Notes under the pieces: model-generated | What the model saw: the letters and a program-made list of their open reading frames with translations, nothing else | Databases searched by the model: none | Told to the model about the DNA's origin: nothing | NCBI GenBank assembly: GCA_047601445.1 | Contig: JASGJH010000001.1 | Coordinates: 3,264,001-3,328,000 of the forward strand | Source: Myxococcales bacterium | GTDB taxonomy: Bacteria; Myxococcota_A; Polyangia; Polyangiales; DASUME01 | Direction: 5' to 3' | DNA: 64,000 nt | In this document: positions 53,522-64,000 of the stretch, one piece after another | How positions within the stretch are numbered: position 1 is the first letter of the stretch | How the letters are laid out: each line of letters opens with the position of its first letter | Made by a program: the position numbers and the translations under genes

Positions 53522-53548
53522 CTCGCAGCGTCGGGTTGCGCCCGGGAT

Positions 53549-55726
53549 TTACTGCGCGGCTTCGGCCGAGTCGTCCACCGCGTCGAGGCCAACGCTGGTG
53601 GCGAGGATCTCGGCGATGTCCTTCTGACCGATCTTGTCTTCCTTCTCCTCGGCCTTGAGGCCGTCGGTGATCATGGTCATGCAGAAGGGACAGCCGGTGG
53701 CGAGCGTGGTAGCTCCCGTGTCGAGCAGCTGCAGGGTGCGCTTGTTGTTCACGCGCTGTGTACCGTGCTGCTCTTCCATGAACATCTGAGCGCCGCCGGC
53801 GCCGCAGCACAAGCCCTTGCTCTTGTTCCAGTAGCTGACCTCGCGCAGCTGCAGGCCCGGGATGGACTCCAGGATCTGGCGCGGCGAGTCGTATACGTCG
53901 TTGTAGCGGCCGAGGTAGCAGCTGTCGTGGTAAGCGACGACTTCCTTGGAGGCCTTCTGGGGCTTGAGCTTGCCCTGCTTGATCAGGCCCATGAGGAAGT
54001 CAGAGTGGTGGACCACGTCGAGCTTGGCGCCGAAGTCCGGGTACTCATTCTTGAGGGTGTTGAAGCAGTGCGGACAGGCCGTGATGACGGTCTTCTTCTC
54101 GGCTTCGTAGCCCTTGAGGACTTCGGCGTTCTGCTGCGCGAGCATCTGGAACAGGAACTCGTTGCCAGCGCGGCGAGCCGGGTCGCCGGTGCAGGTCTCC
54201 TCGGTGCCGAGGATGGCGAAGTCCACGCCCGCGTGCTTGAGCAGCTTGGCCACCGAGCGCGAGACCTTCTTGGCGCGGTCGTCGTAGCTGGCAGCGCAGC
54301 CCACCCAGTACAGGACGGCGGCGTCGCGCTTCTCTTCGAGCGTGGGGATGTCGAGGCCGTCCGCCCAGTTGGCGCGGTCCATGGCCGACAGGTTCCAGGG
54401 GTTGCCGTTGGTCTCCATGCCGCGGAAGGGCTTCTGGAGGTCCAGCGGGAACTCGTTCTTGATCATGACCTGGTCACGACGCATCTGAACGATCTTGTCC
54501 ACGTAGGTGATCATCACGGGGCACTGCTCTTCGCAAGCGCGACAGCTGGTGCAGGCCCAGATCACGTCGGGGTCGATGATGTTGGGCACGAGGTCCACGG
54601 CTTCGCCCGTGGTCCAGTAGCCGTCGGCCGGGGCGGGCGGGTTCGTGTGAAGGACTTCCTTCTTCAGCTCGCCCTCTTCGCTCGGCTTCTCTTCCTTCTT
54701 GCTCGGGTCGACCACGCCGCTCTCGCCGATCAAGCGGCCGCTCGAGGCGTAGAGGTGATCGCGCAGCGCCAGCGTGAGGTGCTTGGGCGAGAGCTTCTTG
54801 CCCGTGGTGTAGGCCGGACAGTTGTCGCTGCAGCGACCGCACTCCGTGCATGTGTAGAGGTCGAGCATCTGCTTCCAGCTCAGGTCGGTGACCTTGCCGA
54901 CGCCGATGGGCTCTTCGCGCTCCACCTTGCCTTCGATGTCCGGCACATTGGGCAGCTTGCCCACCGGCTCGATGCGGCTGCCGAACACGTTCGGCATGTT
55001 GGTGATGATGTGGAAGTGCTTCGAGTAGGGAAGCAGGTTGAGGAAGATGAGGACGAACGCCGAGTGCCACCAGAAGCCCGCATGCGCGAGGAAGGTGAGC
55101 GTGCCTTCACCGACGTTCTGCAGGGCGATGGAGAGCGGCGAGGCCACGGGCTCGGCCCAGTGGAAGTGGGGCGCTACGCCGGTGGCCTGCGCCTGGAGCG
55201 CGGCCGAGGCACCCACGTAGAGGAAGTCCGCCAGCATCATCGTGGCGATGATGCCGAGGATGACGAGGGCCTCCACGCCGAGCGTCATGCGCTTGGCACG
55301 CGTGACGAGGCGGTAATAGAAGAACACGCAGGCGCCGAGGAAGGCCGCTGCAGCCGCGAGCTCCTTCACGAAGCTGTAGCCATCGCCGAGCAGCGTGCCG
55401 CGGGCGAGGACACCCCAGAAGTCGAAACCGACGTCGTAGCCCCGGAACCACAGCATGATGCTGTTGAGGAGGAGCACGTTGAACGCCGCGAAGATGCCGA
55501 TGTGCGCGATGCCCGCGAGACGGTACTTCTCGTTCTTGGCCATCTTCTTCTGGCCGAGGGCGATCAGCAGGGTCTGCTCGATGCGCTTGGCCAGCTCACC
55601 GGGACGCTTGAGGTCGAACTCAGGTTCCGCAGCACCCGTCGTGAGGAGCTTGAAACGGTGGTACGCCGAGTAGGCAAAGATCGACAAAGTGACGACGAGG
55701 ATCACGGTCATCGCGATCGGATTCAT
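53549..55726 (-). CDS. FadF-like membrane Fe-S oxidoreductase (heterodisulfide reductase-related)
   Basis: N-terminal TMs, PYSKHFH, CTECGRC..CP, CTSCRAC..CP, YHDSCYLGR, CCGAGG, GCPFC. Confidence 0.93.
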   Translation of the reverse strand: MNPIAMTVILVVTLSIFAYSAYHRFKLLTTGAAEPEFDLKRPGELAKRIEQTLLIALGQKKMAKNEKYRLAGIAHIGIFAAFNVLLLNSIMLWFRGYDVGFDFWGVLARGTLLGDGYSFVKELAAAAAFLGACVFFYYRLVTRAKRMTLGVEALVILGIIATMMLADFLYVGASAALQAQATGVAPHFHWAEPVASPLSIALQNVGEGTLTFLAHAGFWWHSAFVLIFLNLLPYSKHFHIITNMPNVFGSRIEPVGKLPNVPDIEGKVEREEPIGVGKVTDLSWKQMLDLYTCTECGRCSDNCPAYTTGKKLSPKHLTLALRDHLYASSGRLIGESGVVDPSKKEEKPSEEGELKKEVLHTNPPAPADGYWTTGEAVDLVPNIIDPDVIWACTSCRACEEQCPVMITYVDKIVQMRRDQVMIKNEFPLDLQKPFRGMETNGNPWNLSAMDRANWADGLDIPTLEEKRDAAVLYWVGCAASYDDRAKKVSRSVAKLLKHAGVDFAILGTEETCTGDPARRAGNEFLFQMLAQQNAEVLKGYEAEKKTVITACPHCFNTLKNEYPDFGAKLDVVHHSDFLMGLIKQGKLKPQKASKEVVAYHDSCYLGRYNDVYDSPRQILESIPGLQLREVSYWNKSKGLCCGAGGAQMFMEEQHGTQRVNNKRTLQLLDTGATTLATGCPFCMTMITDGLKAEEKEDKIGQKDIAEILATSVGLDAVDDSAEAAQ

Positions 55727-55785
55727 GAAACTCCTCCAGCGCGGGAACCCGCAAAAGCACAGGTTCGGGTCTCCGGGGTGCGGGT

Positions 55786-55814
55786 GTTATTCCCTCCATC
55801 CCACACGATGTCAA
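55786..55814 (-). promoter_or_regulatory. Putative sigma70 promoter of the FadF-like gene
   Basis: TTGACA-17nt-AATAAC. Confidence 0.45.
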
Positions 55815-56091
55815 TCGCCGATTCCCGTGCGGAAGCGCCGCTCTCCGAGATGCGAAGCAGGCGCGCGAGATCGCGCGCGAGGGAGCGAGAAATGTCCCTG
55901 TAAAGAGGACACCGCGCCACCCGCAAACCACCCCTCCACGACCATCAACCTGCAGCCCGGCCCTTACTGCACTTGACTTCCATTTTCAGACACAGACGCA
56001 ATCCGAAGGAGTCAGACAGGGTCGATCGGCAAGTTCCACCGTCACCCGGGCGAGGCCCAAGTTTTGGCCGGATCACGCCCCCCCAAGCACG

Positions 56092-56220
56092 AGCGAGCGC
56101 GTTCAGGCGGAGTCGATCGGCGAGCGCCCCCGCAGCCGCCGATTGAGGCGTACTCCTGTACGCCGCAGGGAGGCGGCGAGGAGGTAAGCCGCAGAGCGGC
56201 CCCGCATGGACGCGTTCGCT
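56092..56220. repeat. Palindromic MITE/REP-like element
   Basis: Terminal arms AGCGAGCGCGTTCA / TGGACGCGTTCGCT and internal GGCGTAC-tcct-GTACGCC hairpin; overlaps the stop codon of the adjacent gene. Confidence 0.6.
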
Positions 56221-56755
56221 AGCGGGGGAGTTTGGCGTCGAAAAAGGCGCGCAGCTTCACCAAGCTCTTCGGCTCGCGCGAGAAGCTCGGGGCCTGATAC
56301 GAAGCGGCGAAGCTCTTCACGTCGTTGAGGAACTCCTCGAGCAGCTTCTCCTTGCCGAGAATCTCCTGCACCGTACGCCCGCGCGCGGCACCGGTACGCA
56401 ACCCGGACACGTACTTCTCGAGGCGCGCGTACGAGGGCCCCAAGAACTCGCTGACCAGGGCGTCCTCCTCGGCCAGACGCGCCAACCCGCTGTGCCCCGT
56501 GGCGCCGGCATTCACGGCCTGGGCCGCGGCCACGCGGAGCACGAACGCGTCGTCGAGATAGCCGATATCGTCGATGCCGTCGGGGATCAGATCCAGGGAC
56601 TTGAACAGGTAGTTGAGTCCCCCCGCCGCGGCCTGGCGGGCCGCCGGGGCGACCTCGTCGCTGCCGAGCACCGCGCCCAATTGCTGGGCGTCGTCGCCGA
56701 GCGAGCGCAGCCAGGCGCCGAACGCATCGAGGAACTTTACTTCGGAATCAGCCAT
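56219..56755 (-). CDS. YkvA/DUF1232 family protein
   Basis: YLFKSLDLIPDGIDDIGYLDD. Confidence 0.85.
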   Translation of the reverse strand: MADSEVKFLDAFGAWLRSLGDDAQQLGAVLGSDEVAPAARQAAAGGLNYLFKSLDLIPDGIDDIGYLDDAFVLRVAAAQAVNAGATGHSGLARLAEEDALVSEFLGPSYARLEKYVSGLRTGAARGRTVQEILGKEKLLEEFLNDVKSFAASYQAPSFSREPKSLVKLRAFFDAKLPR

Positions 56756-56877
56756 CGATCCTCCCAGGTGGCCCCTTCTCAGGCTACGCCTAGCCCAAGC
56801 GCGCCCAGACTAAACGCGAAGGCGCGAAGCACGTCGCCCCGCCGCCGTGGTCGGGGCATCATAGGCAGCGCAATCTC

Positions 56878-57996
56878 GTGATTCAACAGGCCCCTCACCG
56901 CCGCTCGAATTTGCTCTTCACCGCCACCATTCTCGGTGTGGCCGCGTGTGGTGGAGCGGCACCGCAAGAGCCCATCCCGCGCAGTCTCGAGGGCCAAACG
57001 CAGGTCAGTTCGTTCGTACCGCCGTTCGCCTACGAGGCCTATGTCCGGGGCGAAATGGCGATCGCCAAAGGGGCCTTCGATGAAGCGGCGGCTCAGCTGG
57101 AACTCGCCACCGCGGCCCCCGAAGAAGATCCCTTCCTGCTGGCCCGCCTGGCCTACGCCCAGGCCCGCTCGGGACATGCCGAAGACGCCGCGGCCACACT
57201 GGCCCATGCGATGCAGCTCGACACTTGCCCGGAGGCCGTATGGCTCACCCGCGGGGAGCTGGCCGAACTGGCAGGCGACCTGCCCCATGCCGAGCAGGCC
57301 TACGCGAAGGCCGGCGAATGCGCTCCCTCGTCGGCGCGCGGTCCCATTGCCCACGCGCGGGTCCTCGCGCGGACAGGCCAGCCGAGCGCTGCGCTGGAAG
57401 CCCTGGCCAGCTTCCGGGGCAAAGAGCAACCCGCCACCGCGCGTGTCGCCTTCGAGATCGCGCTCCAGGGGACCGACCCCGCCCTGCTCGCCCATTCCCT
57501 CGAGACCTGGATCGCCTACGAAGCCCCGGACGCCGAGAGCCTCGAACGAGCGGCCCGCTGGGCACTCGAGCACGGTGATCCGAGTCTCTCGGTACGCCTG
57601 CGGGAGCACCACGCCGGCCCCTTCCCCAAGGCGCTCGAGGCCTCCATCATGCGTGCTCTCGGCGAGCGGAGCGCGCTGCGCCTGCTGCTGTCGGGCGCCC
57701 TGGCGGAGGAGCTCGGTGGCTCCCAGGCAACCGCGGAGCTGGCGCTCTTCGCCGGTGCACTGGAGCGGGCCGAACTGGAAGCCTCGAGCGCCCTCGATAG
57801 GGCGCCCAACGACGCGCTCTATGCGGTGCGAGCCCAAGCGCGCTTCGGGCTCGGGCTAGAGGCCCAGGCTCTGGCCGATTTGCGGGCGATCCGCGATCCC
57901 GCGCGCCAACACGAGACCGCGCTCGCTTTGCTGGCGGCGTCGGGTAAGCCGGCGTTGGCGGCAGAGCTGGGCGCCCTGCGGCCGACGGCTCAGTAG
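56878..57996 (+). CDS. TPR-repeat lipoprotein
   Basis: Lipobox VAAC, Ala/Leu helical repeats. Confidence 0.75.
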   Translation: MIQQAPHRRSNLLFTATILGVAACGGAAPQEPIPRSLEGQTQVSSFVPPFAYEAYVRGEMAIAKGAFDEAAAQLELATAAPEEDPFLLARLAYAQARSGHAEDAAATLAHAMQLDTCPEAVWLTRGELAELAGDLPHAEQAYAKAGECAPSSARGPIAHARVLARTGQPSAALEALASFRGKEQPATARVAFEIALQGTDPALLAHSLETWIAYEAPDAESLERAARWALEHGDPSLSVRLREHHAGPFPKALEASIMRALGERSALRLLLSGALAEELGGSQATAELALFAGALERAELEASSALDRAPNDALYAVRAQARFGLGLEAQALADLRAIRDPARQHETALALLAASGKPALAAELGALRPTAQ

Positions 57997-58598
57997 TCGC
58001 CGAACAGGTCGCGAATGCGCGCGTCGAGCGCGACCGCGATCTTGTAGAGCGAGCTGATGGACGCGCTCGACTCGGCGCGCTCGATCTGGGAGAGCAGCGA
58101 GACCGAGAGCCCCGTGCGCCGAGCCATCTGCTTGAGCGTGAGGTTACGATCCTTGCGCAGGTTGCGGATGGTCTCGCCGATCACGCGGTGGAGGTTTTCC
58201 TCCGGCGAACGAAGCAAGCCCTTCTTGCGCATCACGCGGTCGACGACGACGCGGAATTCTTCGGGATTGAAGGGCTTCTTGAGGTAGTCGACGGCGTCCA
58301 GCTTCATCGACTGCACGGCGGTCTCGAGCGACGGGTAACCGGTGAAGATCACCACGGCCACGTCGTTGTCCACCTTGCGAATGCGCTCGAGGACCTGGAG
58401 CCCGTCCATCTTGGGCATCATCAGGTCGAGGACCACCAGGTGATACCCGCCGTTCTTCACTTCTTCGGGCGCACCGGACGGATCGTTGAGGGTTTTCACC
58501 TCGAAGCCGTCCTTGCTCAGGAAGGTCTCCATGTATTCGCAGATCGCCTTGTCGTCATCGACAACGAGCACTCGAACGGAAGAAAGCGGTTTGGACAT
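57990..58598 (-). CDS. Response regulator with C-terminal XRE (HTH_3) domain, DigR-like architecture
   Basis: VVDDD, LDLMMP, YLKKP; IRNLRK..LTLKQMA..TGLSVSLLSQIER. Confidence 0.9.
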   Translation of the reverse strand: MSKPLSSVRVLVVDDDKAICEYMETFLSKDGFEVKTLNDPSGAPEEVKNGGYHLVVLDLMMPKMDGLQVLERIRKVDNDVAVVIFTGYPSLETAVQSMKLDAVDYLKKPFNPEEFRVVVDRVMRKKGLLRSPEENLHRVIGETIRNLRKDRNLTLKQMARRTGLSVSLLSQIERAESSASISSLYKIAVALDARIRDLFGDY

Positions 58599-58679
58599 GC
58601 AGGCTTTCCGGGTGCTGTCCCCCGGGCCAGCCGAGCAGGCCCGGGAGAGGTTTTATGCGTTTTGTGTCTCGAGAGAGAG

Positions 58680-58756
<77 letters not shown>

Positions 58757-58776
58757 ATTTCTTTCAGGCAGGGCGG

Positions 58777-58805
58777 AACCTAGACGCCGCCATCAACAGT
58801 GTCAA
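58777..58805 (-). promoter_or_regulatory. Sigma70 promoter for tRNA-Pro, inside the rsmB 3' end
   Basis: TTGACA-17nt-TAGGTT followed by GC-rich discriminator CCGCCC. Confidence 0.6.
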
Positions 58806-60204
58806 GCACCTCCCACCGCACTACTTGGTACACATCCGGAAGGGATCCGCCCACCCCTAGCCAGGGGCCAATCCGGAAAACTCCATCATTGTCAGCACTT
58901 ACAGGAACACCCTCAACGGAATCCGCAAGCCTGCGAATTCCAGATGTTTTGGCTTCCAGTCTCTCTAGAACCCCTGCCCCTTCCTCGGCACTGGCCGAAC
59001 ACACGGCAAACACGAGGGTCCCACCAGGACGTACCAGTCGCAGGGCGCGTCGGAGGATGCCCAGCTGGAGGTCCGCCAGCCGCCCGGGATCACGCGGCTG
59101 AAGGCGCAAGAGGATCTCGGGGCGACGCCTGATCGTGCCCAGGCCGCTGCACGGTGCGTCCACCAGGACGCGATCGAAGCCCCCCTCGAGCCCACCGTCG
59201 CCCACGGAGAAGTCGATCGTCTCCGTCAACAGAGTTCCCCCGACTGCGAGCCGGCGCACCTCCTCCGTGAGCTGCTCCAACTTTCTCGCGTGGATGTCCA
59301 CCGCCGTGACCTGGCCCGTGGGACCGACCGCCTCCAGGAGCTGCAGGGTCTTGCCGCCTCGGCCAGCGCAGGCGTCGAGCACACGCTCTCCAGGCCGCGC
59401 GCCGACGAGCCGGCCCACCAGGTTGGCGCCCTCGTCCTGCACCACGAACTTCCCGTCGACGAAGCCCGGCAACTTGCGCGGATCACCCACGCCCCACGCC
59501 ACCAGGCTGTCGCTCGCCGGCCCGCTCGGCTCGACTGTGGCGTTCGGCGCTGCCGCACGCAGCGCTCCCAGGAGCTCCTCCCGTGCGCTCGGCTGCTGGA
59601 GTGCCGCACGCACACGCAAGGCCAGCGGGGGGACCCCGCCCGAAAGCGACAAGAAGGCCTGGGTGCGCTCGGCGCCGAGGCCCTTGGTCAGGCACTGCTC
59701 GACCCAGCCGGGCACGTACAGACGCTCATGGTGGTCTTCGCGTGGCTCGGCGTCGGGGGCACCCGCTGCGCCCGGGCGAGGTCGCCCCTCCACGATGCGG
59801 CGCAGCACGGCGTTGGTGAGCCGCGACATGCCCTCGCCGCGCTTGGCTCGCACCAGGCTCACGCTCTCCTGCACGATGGCGTGATCGGGGACGCGCGACA
59901 GATACAAGGCTTGATAGGTGGCTGCACGCAGCGTGGCGAGCACATAGGGGTCCGGGCGACCGCGCGAGAGCTGCTGATCGATGCGCGCGTCGAGCACGGG
60001 CAGTGTGCGCAAGCTGCCGTAGACGATCTCCGTGGCGAGCCTGGCGTCACGCTCATCGAGCTTGGCCTGACTCAACTCGGCGTCCAGCGTGCGGGCGGCA
60101 TAGGCGCCCTCGGTGGCCACGCGATGCAGCACGCTGCTGGCCACACCGCGCGCACTTTGAAGCGGCGAGCGCCCCGACTTCGAGCTCTTCACCCCAGGAT
60201 TCAT
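58780..60204 (-). CDS. rsmB: 16S rRNA m5C methyltransferase RsmB/Sun with NusB-like domain
   Basis: LATEIVYG, VP.HA.V.ESV, NAVLR; VQDEG, DACAGRGGKT, DAPCSG.G..RRRPE, AVCS. Confidence 0.88.
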   Translation of the reverse strand: MNPGVKSSKSGRSPLQSARGVASSVLHRVATEGAYAARTLDAELSQAKLDERDARLATEIVYGSLRTLPVLDARIDQQLSRGRPDPYVLATLRAATYQALYLSRVPDHAIVQESVSLVRAKRGEGMSRLTNAVLRRIVEGRPRPGAAGAPDAEPREDHHERLYVPGWVEQCLTKGLGAERTQAFLSLSGGVPPLALRVRAALQQPSAREELLGALRAAAPNATVEPSGPASDSLVAWGVGDPRKLPGFVDGKFVVQDEGANLVGRLVGARPGERVLDACAGRGGKTLQLLEAVGPTGQVTAVDIHARKLEQLTEEVRRLAVGGTLLTETIDFSVGDGGLEGGFDRVLVDAPCSGLGTIRRRPEILLRLQPRDPGRLADLQLGILRRALRLVRPGGTLVFAVCSASAEEGAGVLERLEAKTSGIRRLADSVEGVPVSADNDGVFRIGPWLGVGGSLPDVYQVVRWEVLDTVDGGV

Positions 60205-60205
60205 T

Positions 60206-61870
60206 CTATTCACCGCTATTACTCTGGAAAATCTGCGGCCATTGCCGCTCGACGTCATTCTTGAATGCGAACACCATCAACAGGATGAGCACGGTGAGCC
60301 CCGCGATCGACGCGTACTCGCGCACGCGCACGCTCAGCGGCTTACGGGCTACCAGCTCGATCAAGAAGAACAGGAGATGGCCACCATCGAGCATCGGGAT
60401 GGGCATCAGGTTGATCAGCCCGAGATTGACGCTGATGAAGCCCATCAAGAACAGGTAGTTCAGGGCCCCCTCGCGCGCTGCCTCGCCGGCGGCGTCGAAG
60501 ATGGTGAGCGGGCCCCCGATGGACTTCATGCTCAGGCGCCCCTGGAACAGGCGCACCACCGATACCGCGGTCAGCTCGAGCACCTCGGAGGTGGCACGCC
60601 AGGCCTCGTGGAACGCGTAGGAGACGGGGTTCGGGTTGTCGATCTCTTCGTAGGGCTCCGTGGGCGACCAGCGCCGCAGACCGATGGAGAATTGCTCGAC
60701 CCCCTGGTTGTAGTCACTGCCGCCGCGCTGCCCCTCGAGGCGGTAGTTGATCGACAGCAGCTTGCCCTCGCGCCGAATCAACAGGCTGTGGAGGGCACCC
60801 CTGGCTTGTACGAGGTCGTCGATGAAAGACGTCCAGTGCTTGATGGGTGCGCCGTCGAGCGCGACCAGGCGATCGCCTGGCTTGATGCCGGCGCGCGCCT
60901 CGGCGGAGCCCGTCACCACGTGGCTCACGTACAGATCGGAGGGCTCGATGCCGGCGCGTTCCCGTCCCGTCCGGTCGCCCGGCTCCGGCGTGAGCGTGGA
61001 GACCCGTGGCTGGTACACCGAGACGCCGAGTCGACTGCCGAGCATGCCCGGCACGCGCGCGGGGCGCAGCACGGTGAGGGGGATCAAGGATCCGCGGTTG
61101 CGATTGAGCACCGCCTCCAGATCGACCCAGCGTTCGGTGCGACGGCCCGCCGCGGAGACCACCCAGTCGAAGGTCTCGAGATCCGACATGGCAGCCGGCC
61201 CGACGGGGCTCGAAACACCGATGATGGAGAGCGGCTGATTCAGCGAGATGCCGATGCGGCCCACATCTTCGGAGAGCTCGAGCGGACGCTCGAGGCGCTT
61301 GCGGCTGGGCGTGATGGGCTTGGTGAAGCGCTCGCCGTCCCGCTCGATGGTGAAGCGCAGCGTGCGGCCAGCCTGCGGCGCCACGATGCGGGTCAAATCG
61401 TAGAAGGTCTCGATAGGCTCGCCGTCGATGGCCACGATCCGATCGCCGGTCATCAACTTGCCGTCGGCAGGCTGTCCCGGGAACACGTCGCCCACGATGG
61501 CGGGCGAGAGCTGGGTGGTGCCGAGGAAGACCACGAAGTACAAGAGGAGCGGGAACAGCAGGTTCATCAGCGGCCCCGCGAACACGATCACCACGCGACG
61601 CCACAGCGCCTGGGTGTGAAACGCGTGAGACTCTTCTTCCGGGGTCACCTGGTCGTGCGGATTCTCGCCGAGCATCCGCACGTATCCGCCGAGCGGAACA
61701 GCCGCGATCACGTACTCGGTGCCGCCACGGGAGAAACCGGCGATGCGCGGGCCGAACCCGAGGCTAAATTTGAGGACGCGTACGCCGAACAGTTTGGCCC
61801 AAAGGAAATGCCCCGACTCGTGCACGAAGATCAGCACGCCCACGAGCACGATGAAGTACACGAGATCCAT
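60206..61870 (-). CDS. rseP: RIP metalloprotease RseP with PDZ domains
   Basis: HESGH, FSLGFGP, PLGGYV, AGPLMN, NLMPIPMLDGGH. Confidence 0.93.
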   Translation of the reverse strand: MDLVYFIVLVGVLIFVHESGHFLWAKLFGVRVLKFSLGFGPRIAGFSRGGTEYVIAAVPLGGYVRMLGENPHDQVTPEEESHAFHTQALWRRVVIVFAGPLMNLLFPLLLYFVVFLGTTQLSPAIVGDVFPGQPADGKLMTGDRIVAIDGEPIETFYDLTRIVAPQAGRTLRFTIERDGERFTKPITPSRKRLERPLELSEDVGRIGISLNQPLSIIGVSSPVGPAAMSDLETFDWVVSAAGRRTERWVDLEAVLNRNRGSLIPLTVLRPARVPGMLGSRLGVSVYQPRVSTLTPEPGDRTGRERAGIEPSDLYVSHVVTGSAEARAGIKPGDRLVALDGAPIKHWTSFIDDLVQARGALHSLLIRREGKLLSINYRLEGQRGGSDYNQGVEQFSIGLRRWSPTEPYEEIDNPNPVSYAFHEAWRATSEVLELTAVSVVRLFQGRLSMKSIGGPLTIFDAAGEAAREGALNYLFLMGFISVNLGLINLMPIPMLDGGHLLFFLIELVARKPLSVRVREYASIAGLTVLILLMVFAFKNDVERQWPQIFQSNSGE

Positions 61871-61941
61871 GAGCGGCCAGAGCCTAGCACCGGCAGCCCG
61901 ACCCTCGAATGGAACGCGATGACAAGCCGCCAAGGCCAGCC

Positions 61942-62582
61942 ATGAGCAACGACTACAGCGCCAACGAAACCAGCGCGACCGAATACCGGGCCCTGCAGGC
62001 CAAGGTGGACGCCTTCTGTGAAGCCACCGCGACCCGGCGCCAGGCCGACCTGTCGTGTCGCAAGGGCTGCGACGGTTGCTGTCACGTCTGGCTGAGCGTG
62101 AGCCCGGTGGAGGCGGAGGCGGTGCGGACGGCGCTGACTGCACTCCCGGCGGCCCAGCGGGCCGAGATCGCCGAGCGGGGACGGCGCGAAGGAGCGCGAG
62201 AAGCTGACGGCAGGGGTTCGCCGCGCTGCGCGATGTTGAGCGACGACGGGCAGTGCGCGGTGTACGCGCAACGCCCACTGGTGTGCCGTACGCAGGGCCA
62301 CGCCCTGCGCTATCCGCCTGGCTTCGTGCCGGCCGGCGCGGTGCGTGCCCGCACCAGCGGCGCGGCGTCTTCGAGCGCGGGCGAGATCACCTACTGCCCA
62401 CTCAACTACACCGAGCAAGCGCCGGGCGCCGCGGATGTGCTGGATGCGGAGCGCGTGGATCAGCTGCTCGCCATCGTCAACCATCGCTTCGCGCTCGCGC
62501 GGGGTGTCTCGGCGGAGCAACGCACCTCCATCAGCGAACTTGCGCAAGGGGCCGATATGCTAGGGTGCCCTGAGAGCAGGGG

Positions 62583-62586
<4 letters not shown>
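61942..62586 (+). CDS. YkgJ-family cysteine-cluster protein
   Basis: [13 protein letters not shown]...CAVY..RPLVCR, CPLN. Confidence 0.85.
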
Positions 62587-63785
<1,199 letters not shown>

Positions 63786-63834
63786 GCGCTGCGGGGATTC
63801 CGCGCTGCCCGCTCCGCGCGCGAGAGAAGCCCGA

Positions 63835-63903
63835 GGGGCTGTCCCTAATTCTGGCGCACGCCAGCATCGCGCCCTGACGCGCACCGGAATTGGGGAGACT
63901 CCC
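63835..63903. repeat. REP-like imperfect inverted repeat
   Basis: GGGGCTGTCCCTAATTCTGGCGCACGCCAG ... CTGACGCGCACCGGAATTGGGGAGACTCCC. Confidence 0.55.
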
Positions 63904-63907
63904 TAGC

Positions 63908-64000
63908 CTAGGGCTTGTCGCCGAGAGCTAGCTCGGGTTTGCTCACCCACAGCCGCAGGTGGCGCTCGCCGCTGACGAAGTCCCGCGCCTCGTAGCGAGC
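63908..64000 (-). CDS. 3' end of an unidentified gene (partial)
   Basis: Open frame ARYEARDFVSGERHLRLWVSKPELALGDKP* entering from the window edge. Confidence 0.4.
   Translation of the reverse strand, partial: ARYEARDFVSGERHLRLWVSKPELALGDKP

Noticed and set aside
52850..55903. 1017-aa ORF on the + strand
   Set aside because: Antisense shadow of the FadF-like gene; no motifs; expected in high-GC DNA
60242..61945. 567-aa + strand ORF and the many similar Arg/Ala/Pro-rich overlapping ORFs
   Set aside because: Alternate-frame or antisense shadows of motif-supported genes (here rseP)

Overview
High-GC, densely coding 64 kb bacterial chromosome segment. MYXO-CTERM-type, DUF4388, DUF6184-like and Cys-rich lipoprotein genes, Hanks kinases and a DigR-like regulator point to Myxococcota. 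It holds about 58 protein genes, mostly housekeeping, envelope or signalling: fabH, hemB, asd, tsaD (1-nt frameshift), sugE/gdx behind a guanidine-III riboswitch, cardiolipin synthase, a FadF-like Fe-S protein, rsmB, rseP and tRNA-Pro(CGG). Three modules stand out: (1) a coupled fliO / sctR(fliP)-like / membrane acyltransferase / cardiolipin synthase operon with no other T3SS genes; (2) a stand-alone acyl-carrier cassette (two LbH acyltransferases, ACP, SDR, adenylate ligase, anchored hydrolase); (3) a KaiA-less kaiC-kaiB-PAS hybrid kinase operon. Also seen: an orphan shortened ParE-like gene, a decayed beta-barrel gene fragment, four palindromic intergenic elements and several promoter/operator motifs. 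No CRISPR array, rRNA, integrase or transposase was seen. All calls come from reading motifs by eye without database searches, and start codons are best guesses.
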